Source of the DNA: Bugula neritina
Lineage: Eukaryota > Animalia > Bryozoa
Reading direction: 5' to 3'
DNA length: 64,000 nucleotides
Assembly (NCBI GenBank): GCA_964035545.1
Contig: OZ037772.1
Location: forward strand, 10,972,818-11,036,817
Position 1 is the stretch's first letter, and the number at the start of each line of letters is the position of its first letter. The translations under genes and the position numbers were made by a program. Positions 1-12,500 of this stretch are shown piece by piece. The notes under the pieces were generated by a model. It was not told the origin of the DNA, did not search any database, and was given only the letters and a program-made list of their open reading frames with translations.

Positions 1-141
1 CTTTAAAGACATCAGATATACTAGCCTAATGTAACGTGTGCTGCACCCTTCATCTTGCACATATAACTACAGATTTTCTCTAGTATATCATTATGAATAA
101 TAGTAATGAAACATGCTCTCATCAAATACAATAAAAGTACA

Positions 142-203
142 AATGATATTTTGCTATAGTGGAAATATTGCTAGCAATATTTCCACTATAGCAAAATATC
201 ATT
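142..203. repeat. 62-bp perfect palindrome
   Basis: AATGATATTTTGCTATAGTGGAAATATTGCT|AGCAATATTTCCACTATAGCAAAATATCATT, 31-bp arms with no spacer. Confidence 0.92.
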
Positions 204-308
204 GATTGGTACTTTATCAATATAAAAATGTGTTAATCATAGTCCAAATTAGAAGTAGCTATCTTAGTGTTAGCTGAATAATACTGGGGCACTAATTGTA
301 GCTAAGAT

Positions 309-3300
309 TCAGTCATCTTCTCCTGAAGAGCTCAATGAATCTTTGGAAGCATAGAGGTCATTGTCAAGCATCTCCACTCTGGGTTTATTAACGACTGCGT
401 ACACAACTTCACCACCTTTTTCTTCCTCCACCTTATTAGGAGCTCTAAAACACAATTTCTGTTTTTCAGCAAACATAAGAATGTAATCTGTATGGTGGGT
501 GTGTTTGATAATTGTATATATAATATAAACTACCACCAATTTTTATAACAGCAGTGTAATTAATATTCTACTATACAATAGTTTCAACTGATGACATTAC
601 TATAGCAGGTACTTGCTGACACTACAAAGTAAGAACTTGTTGACACTACACAGCATGTAGTTATTGAGACTATATAGTAAGAGCTTGCTGACACTACACA
701 GCAGGTAGTTGTTGACACTATACAGTGAGTGATTGTTTTCATTAAAAAACTTTCAATACTCACGTATATAGTATATTATATATCTTTTTACAGTTTTAAC
801 TTATACGCAGTTTTTGCAATACCATGCAGGTACTTGAAGTATTAAAAGTACTGAGTATTTTTACATTTTGACACCCCTAATTAAAATTGTAATATGTATC
901 AGCATGCTGTTGTACCCTTACCCCTCTACTCTCGCTTTATCCACCACTGTTTCAGTGACATCAGTAGCAGGTGCTTCCCCAGGTTTTACTGCAGAGTAAT
1001 GCAAGTCTACACCATCAACTCTCACATCCTCTTCTGAATACTGAGTTGGTGTCAATTCCACAGAGGAATAATCCATACCTGCAGTACATTACCAAGTAGT
1101 ATTATACCTGCAGTACACTACCAAGTAGTATTATACCTGCAGTACATTACCAAGTAGTATTATACCTGCAGTACATTACCAAGTAGTATTATACCTGCAG
1201 TACGTTACCAAGTAGTATTATACCTGCAGTACACTACCAAGTAGTATTATACCTGCAGTACATTACCAAGTACTATATTATACCTGCAGTACATTACCAA
1301 GTACTATTATACCTGCAGTACATTACCAAGTAGTATTATACCTGCAGTACATTACCAAGTAGTATTATACCTGCAGTACATTACCAAGTACTATTATACC
1401 TGCAGTACATTACCAAGTAGTATTATACCTGCAGTATATTACCAAGTAGTATTATACCTGCAGTACATTACCAAGTACTATTATACCTGCAGTACATTAC
1501 CAAGTAGTATTATACCTGCAGTATATTACCAAGTAGTATTATACCTGCAGTACATTACCAAGTACTATTATACCTGCAGTACATTACCAAGTAGTATTAT
1601 ACCTGCAGTATATTACCAAGTAGTATTATACCTGCAGTATATTACCAAGTAGTATTATAATTTATATATTCAACTTTGCATGAAGTTGATAGCAGGTAAT
1701 TGTTTAATAAAAATCACTATTAAACTTTTTTAACTGTATACACACTTATTCATTGTTGATCTTATCTGATAGAATTTTATAGTACAGCTCTGCTACCCAA
1801 ACAGGACAAAGGGGAGATAACTATAAGTGAGGATCTCATATAGTACAGCTGTTCTTGAAACAATTTAAGCTAATTACTATGTACTACCAGAACTACCAGA
1901 ACTACCAGAACTACCAGAACTACCAGAACTACCAGAACTACCAGAACTACCAGAACTACCAGAACTACCAGAACTACCAGAACTACCAGAACTACCAGAA
2001 CTACCAGAACAACCAGAACTACCAGAACAACCAAAACTACCAGAACAACCAGAACTACCAGAACTACCAGAACAGGACAAAGCAGAGATAGGTTAGAAAA
2101 TATGTACATGTTACTGGTGGCTGGCTTCCTAATCCAAAATTCTATAGATATATTTTAGAGCATTTATTGTATTTTATTTTATCCTCACATGCTGTAATTT
2201 ACCTTTTACTAACTTTTAGCTGTTATGGATTGGGTCTACAGTTCATTAGGCTATAATTGATATAGATTTTACAGCTTTTGCTGTTGAAATAAATCTAAAG
2301 TTATTAGAAAATGATCCATTTTTTGAAAGAATGACAATTTTGTTGGATCTAAATACAAAGAAAAACTTGCACCTCTACTTAATTATGTAACAATTAAGTA
2401 GCCAAACATATTTTCTGTTCCAGCCATATCATTTATCATCATGATTTATCCTATATTCCTATTAGGTACTATATATGTTTACATTTACTCATGTTTTCAA
2501 GAAATATTTATTACGTACACTATAGGTTTTCTGTGAGGTTTTAATAATTGATCCCGGCCAAGTCAAAATTTCCAACATAACTTGGACTGCAAGTTATAGG
2601 TACATACTATTTGCCATACCTTCGGTGTAGAACTTGCCAGTAGTTCTGTTGGATGGTTGGGGCGCTAAATCAGATGCGATGTCCTTATCTTGTATTATGT
2701 CATCAGTATTTCTACTAAAGACAAAACAGAAGAACGCTACATATTGATACTTTTTTATGCCAGATGGCATGCTATATAATAATAATTGTTGCAAAAGCAA
2801 TAGTTTGTAAAATAACATGTTAAGTTAGATACCATGTTGAAATCACGCTGTCTTTACACAGAAATTTTTAAAACCTTGTACTCAGTATATTATTCCAAAT
2901 AAATTTATTGTTTACTTTCTGTCTAAATATTTAGTATGACATTATTGAAAAGCATCAAAATATTCATATATTCCTTACAGACAATTAAATGATATCTCAT
3001 TGCTACTGTTTATAGAATATTTCTGTTTTCTCATATACCATATAATGTACTTCTATTAGGTAAAAACAGTATATTGTTTATAACTATTGAGCTATCAAAT
3101 ACCAGGACCTAAAAATATTTGATGAAAAGGATCTGCTCTAGACATATATCATGTAAAAACTATAGTTTTTAAACTGCATTAAGGTTACTATAATGATTAT
3201 TTTAAATCAAAATAAATCGGCAATTTTATCAGGAAAATGACTATAATTTGTTATTTATATGCATTCTAATGAACTTCATATAATTTACAAAAAAAAACAT

Positions 3301-6300
3301 TGTATGAAACCTTATAAGTTTCTACTAGTCTCACCTTCTTCTAAACTTTCTACAGAGCAAACAAAACAGTACTATAATAACAACCACCAGTATCAGTCCA
3401 CCTCCACCAGCTGCCACTGCAATTATGTTGGTCTGCTTCTCAAAAAACTGTTTTAGTGCATTTGGAGTCTCTTCTAAAATATAAGAAAGCAATATGGTGA
3501 GCTGCAATACATACATTGTTACTTTATTAGACGCTTTCAAGAAGTTACTTATTTTTTTGAGACTCAAATTGAACAGTATTAAATTCATTACGATGACAAA
3601 ATATTTTTTAAATTAGATATAAACAACAAAGAACATTAAATAAATGCTCTATAATATTGGGAATCAAAATCAGTTAACAATGCAAGTTACTCAGAACTTT
3701 ATTACACACATGCTGCTTGGCTTGTAGAAGTCTTTGCTAATATTGTGTTTGAAAAGTATTTTGTTATTGTTGAAATAGTTGGATCTGTGGTGCTGTTATT
3801 AGTAACACTTGATTTGGTACTTGTGCTAGTAGTCTTACTCGTGCTTGTAGTCTTACTCATACTTGTAGTTGTACTAGTACTTGAACTGGTGCTAGTTCTA
3901 GTTGGAGTAGTAGTACTGGTGCTGGTAGTTGTACTAATTGGAGTTGTAGTAGGAGGAGTACTAGTGGCTGATGAATTGGTAAAAACTGCAAAAAAAATTC
4001 AACAGCTCATAACTCTTAACTTGTATTCTAAACAGCATACATGTATATTATTCTAAGATAAGAAAATCAATTAGATATTACATGTATGTTTACTTTTATA
4101 TTTTATTAGGAAGCCAGGAAATTCGTCAGCAGAATTTGTAGTTAAACTAAATAGAAGAGAAGAGGTGTCAGGGTTGATGGGCAGGTACTGAGGGGGAGGT
4201 GGCATTCTGATGTTTCGGCATGAATAGAGGTCATCAGTTGGCTTTGAGCTCAGTCTAAATTCATCACCAGAAGATTCACATTTTGTTAAAGATCCAATAG
4301 CCATGAATATGAACTCTAACTGTATTCCTGTAATTCCTCTGAGATCTGTCAGGTTGAGTCTATAATGTTGATTGTTACCATAGAGATTAGCATTCTGTAT
4401 ATTAAATTCTTTATGACTCATGATGTAACCACTGGAAGATATTGAGGCTGGTATAATAGCTAGATTTGATGTTTTCATAAAAGAAAGTGGCAGAGCTGCA
4501 AAAAAAGAAACAAATACAGTCTCGGTTAACGAATATTATTGAGAAAGTATTAAATTATTATATTTTTAAATCAGCACCACATAAAGTGTCATAAAAACTT
4601 TTTTCAACGAAGCATTTTCTAGTTAAATTATTACTCAAAGTTGAGCAGGATTTCTGGGCAAATTTAAAAATAAATTTTATAAGCAATTAGAAGTGACCTT
4701 TCCTCCATGCTGACAAATTTACAATTCAATTTACAAACTTCAGTGATCTATAATGTTTTTATGTAACTCAACAAGAGTAAAACTGTGACAGCTAGAGATC
4801 AAATACGCCACTTTATAATGCCATAGTTAATATTAGAGCTCATTGTCTCTATGTAGATCTGTTTTGAACTTCTGGCAGTGTACAAAACTTAATCTTATAA
4901 TTATAAACTTTGGCCGCAAAACAACTCAATAAAAGTAGCAAATGTAAGTGAAGTTGCGTTTATACCTCTGCTGAAAAAAGTACCGAGTTTAAGTTAATAA
5001 TGCTTGTCCGGGTACCCCTTTATAGTCAAACCGAAACTCGTTGAAATCATATTGATGCGGTTGCTCACTTTCTGAAATTGAAATTTGACTCGCATAATAG
5101 CTATTTGATGCCCTTTGTAAACGTCGTGAATTAGTGAAGCGGAAAGCATAAAAGCGATAATTGAGAAGGCGTAGGCTATGTAATTATAACCGTATAAGTA
5201 CGTTGTCTAATCGCCAATGTAATAACTAAATAACGATGTTTACAAGGAGTTATTACTCCTATTCTAAAATTGGCCGATTAAGTTATCACAGTACAAAAAT
5301 TTCAACGGGTGGCTTTTACAATGCAATGCAACTCGGAGAAATTTCAACCCGGCCAAATTGAAATTTTGACCGAAAATCGTGAAGGTATAAACGCAACTTA
5401 AGCTTAAAATTGAAAAGTAGTAATGAATGACTTAAAACATCAACAAAAACATTTTTTTTAAAAAATCAAGATACTATTTAACTCATGTGGCAAAGTTATA
5501 TAATTTTTATATGCAAATTATTGAATATACAAACTTTATGCTGGTGCATATGTCGATAAAATAAAATTGCACAATTTATGACATATAGGTTTTTTAAATG
5601 CAGTTAATTAAGTATTGGGCAAAAGTTATACACCACAGAGAGTAGATACAAGTAAATAGTGGGAAAATTAGTAATACATCTGATAAAGGGTCGAATCCAC
5701 CAAATAAAACAACAAACTAAATTTTGAACTAAATGGCTCAATTTATAGTTGATCTGACACACTAAAAATAGAAATGTTAAAACAAAAGCTAACATATATG
5801 AAACTATGTACATTTCGCTTGAATTAACAGCTAGAAATGACTCAATAACTCAAATCTGTTCACCTGGAACCATATCCAATGATACACTGAAATTATACAT
5901 GCTTTATCTGCTACAAGTATTATTTAAATTTTATATCAACGACACATAAGTAAATGGATACCATTAAATAAAAGTATTTTATAATGGTATATATAACATT
6001 ATACTAAAGAATTAAGCTAGCTTGCAGTACCAAACACGAAATATCATATTTCTTAATTAACATTATATGGAGTAAATTAAAGTTAGTTCAATTCAAATGC
6101 TTAATTGATATGTATAAAAAGAGCACACTCATGAAACCTTACCTGTAAAGGTCAAGGTGAATCCCAGTGTTGAACCAGCAGGCAATCTAAGTTTAACTCC
6201 TGTCTTACTGTATGATTGATGTCCATTAATAGCCGCTTTATCATCATTATCTGGACTACAGTTTGGTTTTCTAGGAATGGGACTACCACTAGAGTCTACT

Positions 6301-7307
6301 ATGAGGTAATCAATCTGACATTTAGATGACTCATCTCCAAGATTTCTTTGAACAATTCTAAACCCAACTCTCTCAGTACCTTCTATGTCTATATTTATCT
6401 CACAGTCATGTGATATATTGTAAGTAGAACTGGGGTAGTCTGGACTAGTTATGTTGATAGAACTTCCAACTGTGTAAGATATGGTCTGTACTGAGTTGGT
6501 GCAGAACTCAGTTACACTCTGACAATCTAAGAAAGGTAAAAATGTATTTACAGAGTTAACTAGTACTATACATAGTGCTTTTAGAACATAATTATAAATA
6601 TGCTATAACCTACGACTCTTTAATATAATTACTACATTACAATAGTTCATATTTTGAACATGTGCACTCGATCAATCTCTATAAGCAATATTTTTGACTT
6701 AATTTTATAATTTTCTGCACTGCATAAAATAATGTTAGCTAACCAGTTCAATAGAGCTAAACTCAGATATTTATAGCATGGGCAATTAATTGGTTAAAAG
6801 TGAGAAATGCTATAGCATCCTTTTACTGTTCAATCACATCAATATTTTGCGTTAACAATTTTTGCAGCACTTTATATTTATAATTCTTTGGTCATCACAT
6901 TATCTTGAGGAGAATATAGTTCTAATTGACTGATGATTTTCACTGCAGATCCATCTGATCAACTTGATTGGCACTTTGAAAAAAAATGTTTTGGGCAATT
7001 CTAGAGACAGCAGTAGTTAACTCAAATCAAGTCAAACAGTTTGTAGAACTTTAAATATATATACTGGTTGACACACCATAAGCTGATCAGAGCAATAAAC
7101 TGCACACCATGTAAAGTATATGATTGATGAGTTACATTTAATTGTGTCCGAAAAGAAATAAAAACTATAAATTTCGGTAGACAAATGAATAAACTATAAT
7201 AAGGATTAACTCGAAAATAATGAAATATAAGTAAACTCACCATATTGTTTGATGAGAAACAGAGTGGTGAATAGCCAGAGCACCTCATTACATAGTTTAG
7301 AATCCAT
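309..7307 (-). CDS. CUB-CUB-mucin-TM receptor with ITIM-like cytoplasmic motifs (paralog A)
   Basis: Exons (minus): signal peptide 7241-7307 (MDSKLCNEVLWLFTTLFLIKQY); CUB1 6143-6526 (FC..ITSPDYPSSTY..C..C.IDYL..C..GFTLTF); CUB2 4094-4495 (SGYIMSH..C.SSGD..C..PGFLIKY); Ser/Thr-rich stalk ~3710-3985 (donor uncertain); TM 3335-3473 (IIAVAAGGGGLILVVVIIVLFCLLCRKFRR); cytoplasmic 2620-~2712, 922-1078 (MDYSSV, LHYSAV) and 309-444 (VVYAVV, DNDLY). GT-AG boundaries, phases compatible except the stalk/TM junction. Confidence 0.8.
1078..1658. repeat. 29-bp minisatellite, about 20 copies
   Basis: Unit CCTGCAGTACATTACCAAGTAGTATTATA with minor variants; the first copy overlaps the acceptor of the 922-1078 exon. 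Confidence 0.95.
1883..2072. repeat. 9-bp tandem repeat (AACTACCAG)n
   Basis: About 21 units seen directly; intronic in receptor A. Confidence 0.95.
4951..5399. mobile_element. Non-autonomous DNA transposon (MITE), copy 1
   Basis: Perfect 17-bp terminal inverted repeats AAGTTGCGTTTATACCT / AGGTATAAACGCAACTT; highly similar second copy at 51998-52445. Confidence 0.85.
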
Positions 7308-9524
7308 GGTACAGAGTCTACATAAACTGAAGTCAATACTCACTTTCTACTACACAGTGAACTAGTAGCTAGCAGCATGCAGTAGTTATACAATATATTC
7401 TCTCTTTAGTACAGTATTGTATTACACTTCCTTGTTAATGTTGACATAATAATATTGTTATTGTTCAAGAAAATTACTGCAAGAATTGAAGAAACTGATT
7501 GACTCATGCATTCAAGATAATGTATTTTGATATCTAATTTGTGGTTTGAAAAAGTCACTGCAGGAAGTTCCTTATTCATTGGCATTGGAATCATCATTGC
7601 AAAGTCTACTTGGTGTTTGAAGCCTTGGGCAAAAGCTAGCTAACTTTAACACAAGTTTATAGCAAAGAATGCAATGTAAACATATACTACATCTTGAAAG
7701 CTACTGGCATTAGCTTTTGTTATGGAAAAGCATTGGTACTTGACTTAATTAGAAGCCATAAACTGTATAAATCTGAAATTATTATCTGAGAAAAATCAAA
7801 TCTATACTTCCTATTAAAAAGAAATTTTTGCTGAAAGTTACAAGTCACTTGTTTTAGCTGCGAAAAACAAAAAAGGCTTTAAACTTGACAAATATAAACA
7901 GGTGTCTTATTTCAATCCTTTCAACTCTTTCAATTAATATATTCTCTCCAATTATAGGGATAAAATAGATATGCTATTTGTTGTGTAGCAAAACAGTGTA
8001 TTATAGCTAAGAAGTACAACAACTACTACACTATTTACCTCATAAGGTACTACAGTAAGATTTAAATTGGTTGAGGAAGGGAGACAAATCTGAAAATGAA
8101 TTTCTAAACTATAATAATAAAGGCACACATCCAGAAAGCTTCATCATAGCAAGTTGTCATACAAAAGCATTATATAGCCGCAGTGCCAGCCTATTTTTGT
8201 ATAGACAATATTTCTTCCAATCAGCAAGCACAGGCTAACTTCCTGGTATGTGAAAGAGAATTGTCATAGCCTTTGATCCAATCAATTTCTATTCTTTGCC
8301 ATGAGGGTTATTATTATTATTCAATAGCACGTTTTTTCTGCTATGAAATTATAAAAGAAACTAAAAACACCCCTTTTATTTGCACATGCTATGAATGATG
8401 TTTTATTTGCCTTAACCAAGAAATGTTAAGGAGATTTGTGTTAAAGTTAATACATGTATAATATTAGTACAGGCCATTTGTACTTGTAATTCTCTACCAA
8501 GTTCTAATTATTTATGTACCACAAAGGTCTGCTCATATTGAAAAACGTTGATGAAAAAACAAGACCATAACGAAAACAGAATCATAATGACAGGAAATGC
8601 TTTTTTAGTTTAAATTTTTTTTGCAGGCAAAATCTGCGTTCTCAATAAAAACAGAAAAACATGCTTGGGCTGCAATTGTTAACTTATATTTATTTAAAAG
8701 ATTAATTACGTAAGAAGTTGTGGTATCTTGAAGTTTTTTTTATGTTGCAAATAAGTTGGGGTAACATATCTTTTATTTCAAGTATATCATAAAGGGCATA
8801 AAAATCGAAAAAGAAATTCAAAATTTCAATTTTTTTCATAAGTTGCAATCACATGTGTTAATTGACAATGAAATTGTAAAATAAATGTGCATTAAACAAA
8901 TTTGTATAAAAGATTTGAAGTTTTAGGCATAAAATCTGAATAGAAATAATTTAATTCTTTGCCAAACTCAATTAATAAAATAATTATGATTATGGAATTT
9001 ACACAAAGTTATTAACTATTGGCATACAGTGTTATTATTAGTAACAAGCAGTGTTAGTATTAGCATAGTATATTGTCATTATTACTGGCATGGGCCATAC
9101 AGAAGTTTGCATGTGGATTTTAATATGGATAAAAACATGATCAAAAACAATTGCTATGAATATTTAAATTCATATTACAGCATATCATGCACCTTGAGCC
9201 ATCAATCATATTTTTTTTTGTAGTTTCAAAACCCACTTTTGCAAAATTTTCTTTAAAAACTATAAATATGAATATTGATAATTAATTGATTACATATAGA
9301 TATGACAATTTTCCAAGTGTTATATGTGTAAAAAATATAAAATGTAGTTTGTTGAGCATAGACTTGAAAATAAAAGTTGAAACCATCAATATTTTGAAAA
9401 ATAACCATAACTACATACAAGTTGCTTGTATCGTCTGAGTACAGCAGCTAAAGAACAGTTTTACTCATTTTGTTCCGAAGAGCTCAAGGACTCTCTTGAA
9501 GCGTAGAGATCATTGTCTATCATC

Positions 9525-12500
9525 TCAACTCTGGGTTTGTTTACCAACATAATTACTGCCTCCACTTACACTGTTGGCTTCTTCCATGTTTTCATACACT
9601 TTGTTGTGTTGACCAGACTGACAGGCATTCCTCCTGTGGAAATAATTCAATTTATGCAGAATATTTATACTTTCTTATGAACTCAAATTTGGAGATCTAA
9701 CAAAAGCTAAAGTTTACAGATCATATATACAACAACAAGTACTATTATGCTTACAAAAGTTTAATGTATACTCCTACTTATTATTATATGTTACTAGTAG
9801 TTACTTTACCCTAATTGTGTATTCCCCATAGACTCCGTGTTCATATAGTTACTACTAGAGTTATCTACTCTTGTATCTTCCTGTGTTGTGGTGAAACTGG
9901 CTGAGTTTCCTTTGAATTTGACAACAGAATATCGGTGATTGTCTCCCTCTGGTGAAAGTCATAATAATGTAATTTTATATTACAGCATATGCTAATGTTA
10001 TTGAAATGTTGAAATTTAAGACTAATTATTATATTACCATTATTTACTTGATTCATCTGTTCATATTGTTTATCTGATGTGCTGGTGTTTGTATTCAATG
10101 TTTGACTTTCAGTTCCATGTCTAGTCATGAATCTTCTGTAATGGAAAAGTTGAATTTATATTTTAATTTATGTCAAAGGTTAGGCATTATATTTAAATGT
10201 TTAATTCACAAAGTATGTAATTATAGCTTTGACCACTTTATGTTGGATTAATATAGCATATTATAGGCCATATGCAATAGAAAATATAACTAAGCTATAA
10301 TTAAGCTATACAATACAGCATGTTTAGAAATTTTGAAGTTTAAATAAATGTATTTGGGGTATGTAAAAACATAATTTGGCTTTTAAACATTTTCAAATAT
10401 AATGAAAAATATACAGCTTTGTTTTGCAAAATGTCTGGTCAGCGCTACAGTTCATGTGACGTCATATTCTTGCAGATTAAATACAACTATTAATACGTCA
10501 TTTAAGATATAGGCACATATTTCTTTTTTAAAACAATTATCATGCAAAACAGAGCTGTAGTACTATATACACTTGAGTATATTTTAGTATATTACAATTA
10601 CTCTTACCTTCTCCATAGTAGACACACAGCTATGTTGATGATAACAATACAACAGATCACAGCCACATTTATTCCAACTATTACATTGGTGTTTATTTTA
10701 TAACATCCTGTAACATAAACAGTGTATTAGCATTAACATGTATAAATAGTTGATCAGTAATTTATTTACGGGCAGATTAGCATAATATGACATTTTTATT
10801 TAAAACTGATACCAGATTTTGCCTAACAAAATAAAACAAACTATTAAAAATTTCAAAAGTGCCTTAGCATATAATTTTGAGCCTTTCTTATGCATGGTTA
10901 AGTTATTAATGCATTTAAAATTTTGTTAATTATAGTAATTAAAATCATAGGTTTGTTTTCTTAATTGCATTAACTGTTGTACGAAAAACATGCAAAATTT
11001 TGGTTTGATTGTTTATTTATCTAATATATTATTATAATCAATGCAGGCAAGCTAGCAACCTGCTTTTTGTCCTTCGGCAACTGCTTATATTTATTTCTTT
11101 GTGCATTGTTTTGCAACATTAAAAACATTAAAAATTATCTTTTATAAGATTGAAAAAGTTTAAAACTTTCTATGATTGCTTTCATTATAATGACAAAGAT
11201 TTTAACCAAATAATGTCATGGGACTTTTTTGTTATTCTTTTCAACATTGCAATTATTTTACTCTGCTTTTTATATGTACCGTACTATTTTGAGTGTCTAC
11301 TTATATAGCTATACTTGGTATGGAAATATAAATAAGGAGAGACATGTTAAGTAAACATTATGATACATTTTTGTGAATAACATTTTTAAGACCACGCTAT
11401 AGTTTGTTATGTTTCTCTGTAAAATTGTGCTTATACTCACCTGCTATTTGCTCTTTAGAGGTCATTGTTGTAGATGTAGTTGTTGAACGAGTTGGATCTG
11501 CAGTGGTAATGCTAGTTATGCCGGTACTAATAGTAGCACTACTACTAGTACTTATATTGCCAACACTACTGCCAGTAATAGTGCTGCTAGCGGTTCTGGT
11601 TGTGGTCCTAGATGTTGCACTAGTTGTAGTAGGCCTACTAGAGATTCCAGCATTGGTAAAAACTACAAAAAGTATCAAGAGATCACAACTCTAATCTGGC
11701 ATTCTACACAAATATATTTTGCAATCATAATTATATTACTTGTCTACATACTTGTATATTTTAGTAAGAAGCCAGGATATCTGTGGAAAGAGTTTGTGGT
11801 TAAACTGAATAGAAGAGAAGAGATAGCTGGGTTGATGGACAGGTACTGAGAAGGAGGTGGTTTATTGGTGTCGCGACATGAATAGAGGTTGTCAGTTAGC
11901 ATTGAGCTCAGCCTAAATTGATCACCAGAAGATTCACACTCTAATGAAGGTCCGATAGCCATGTATATAAACTCTACATAGAGCTCTGTAACTCCTCTGA
12001 GGTCTGTCAGGTTGAGTTTATCATGTAGATTGTTACCATAGTTCTTAGCATACTGTATATTAAACCCTTTATGACTCATGATGTAACCACTTGGTGACGT
12101 GACTGCTGATACAGTTTGAGTTGATGATGTCATAGAGTAGAGTGGCAGAGCTGTAAGAAATAAAGGTTTAAAAGATTTTAAAGCATAAAATATAATCAAC
12201 AGCATGAAGTGCAAATCTGCCCATTATAAAGAGCTGCATAAAGATTTATCCTGTTTTTGGAATCCTTTTTTAATTACAGTATATAACCATCTGCATGAAA
12301 AAAAGGCTCTACTACAAGACATCCTTTTTAATGAATGCAAGCAAATGTTTTCAAAAGACCTTCAAAGTTGAAATATAATAGAAACATGCAAAAACCAAAA
12401 TATCAATATTTTCTTGCACACATTTTACAATGTTGAGTGCCCAGTTAGTTACTTTCAAACATATATGGCATTGTGTTGTGTTACTCCATTTCTGTTAAAG

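Noticed and set aside
1078-1658. CRISPR-like array of 29-bp repeats
   Set aside because: Units are head-to-tail with no unique spacers, there are no cas genes, and the context is a eukaryotic intron; it is a minisatellite.
1855-2109. ORFs encoding (NYQ)n, (VVL)n and (GSS)n
   Set aside because: Translations of an intronic 9-bp repeat; open in several frames because the unit lacks stops.
3745-4056. Plus-strand Val/Leu-rich ORFs (also 11404-11694) resembling membrane proteins
   Set aside because: Antisense shadows of the Ser/Thr-rich stalk exons on the minus strand.
7420-8250. ETS/NF-kB-like sites upstream of receptors A and B
   Set aside because: Short motifs expected by chance; their sharing between copies is explained by the recent duplication.
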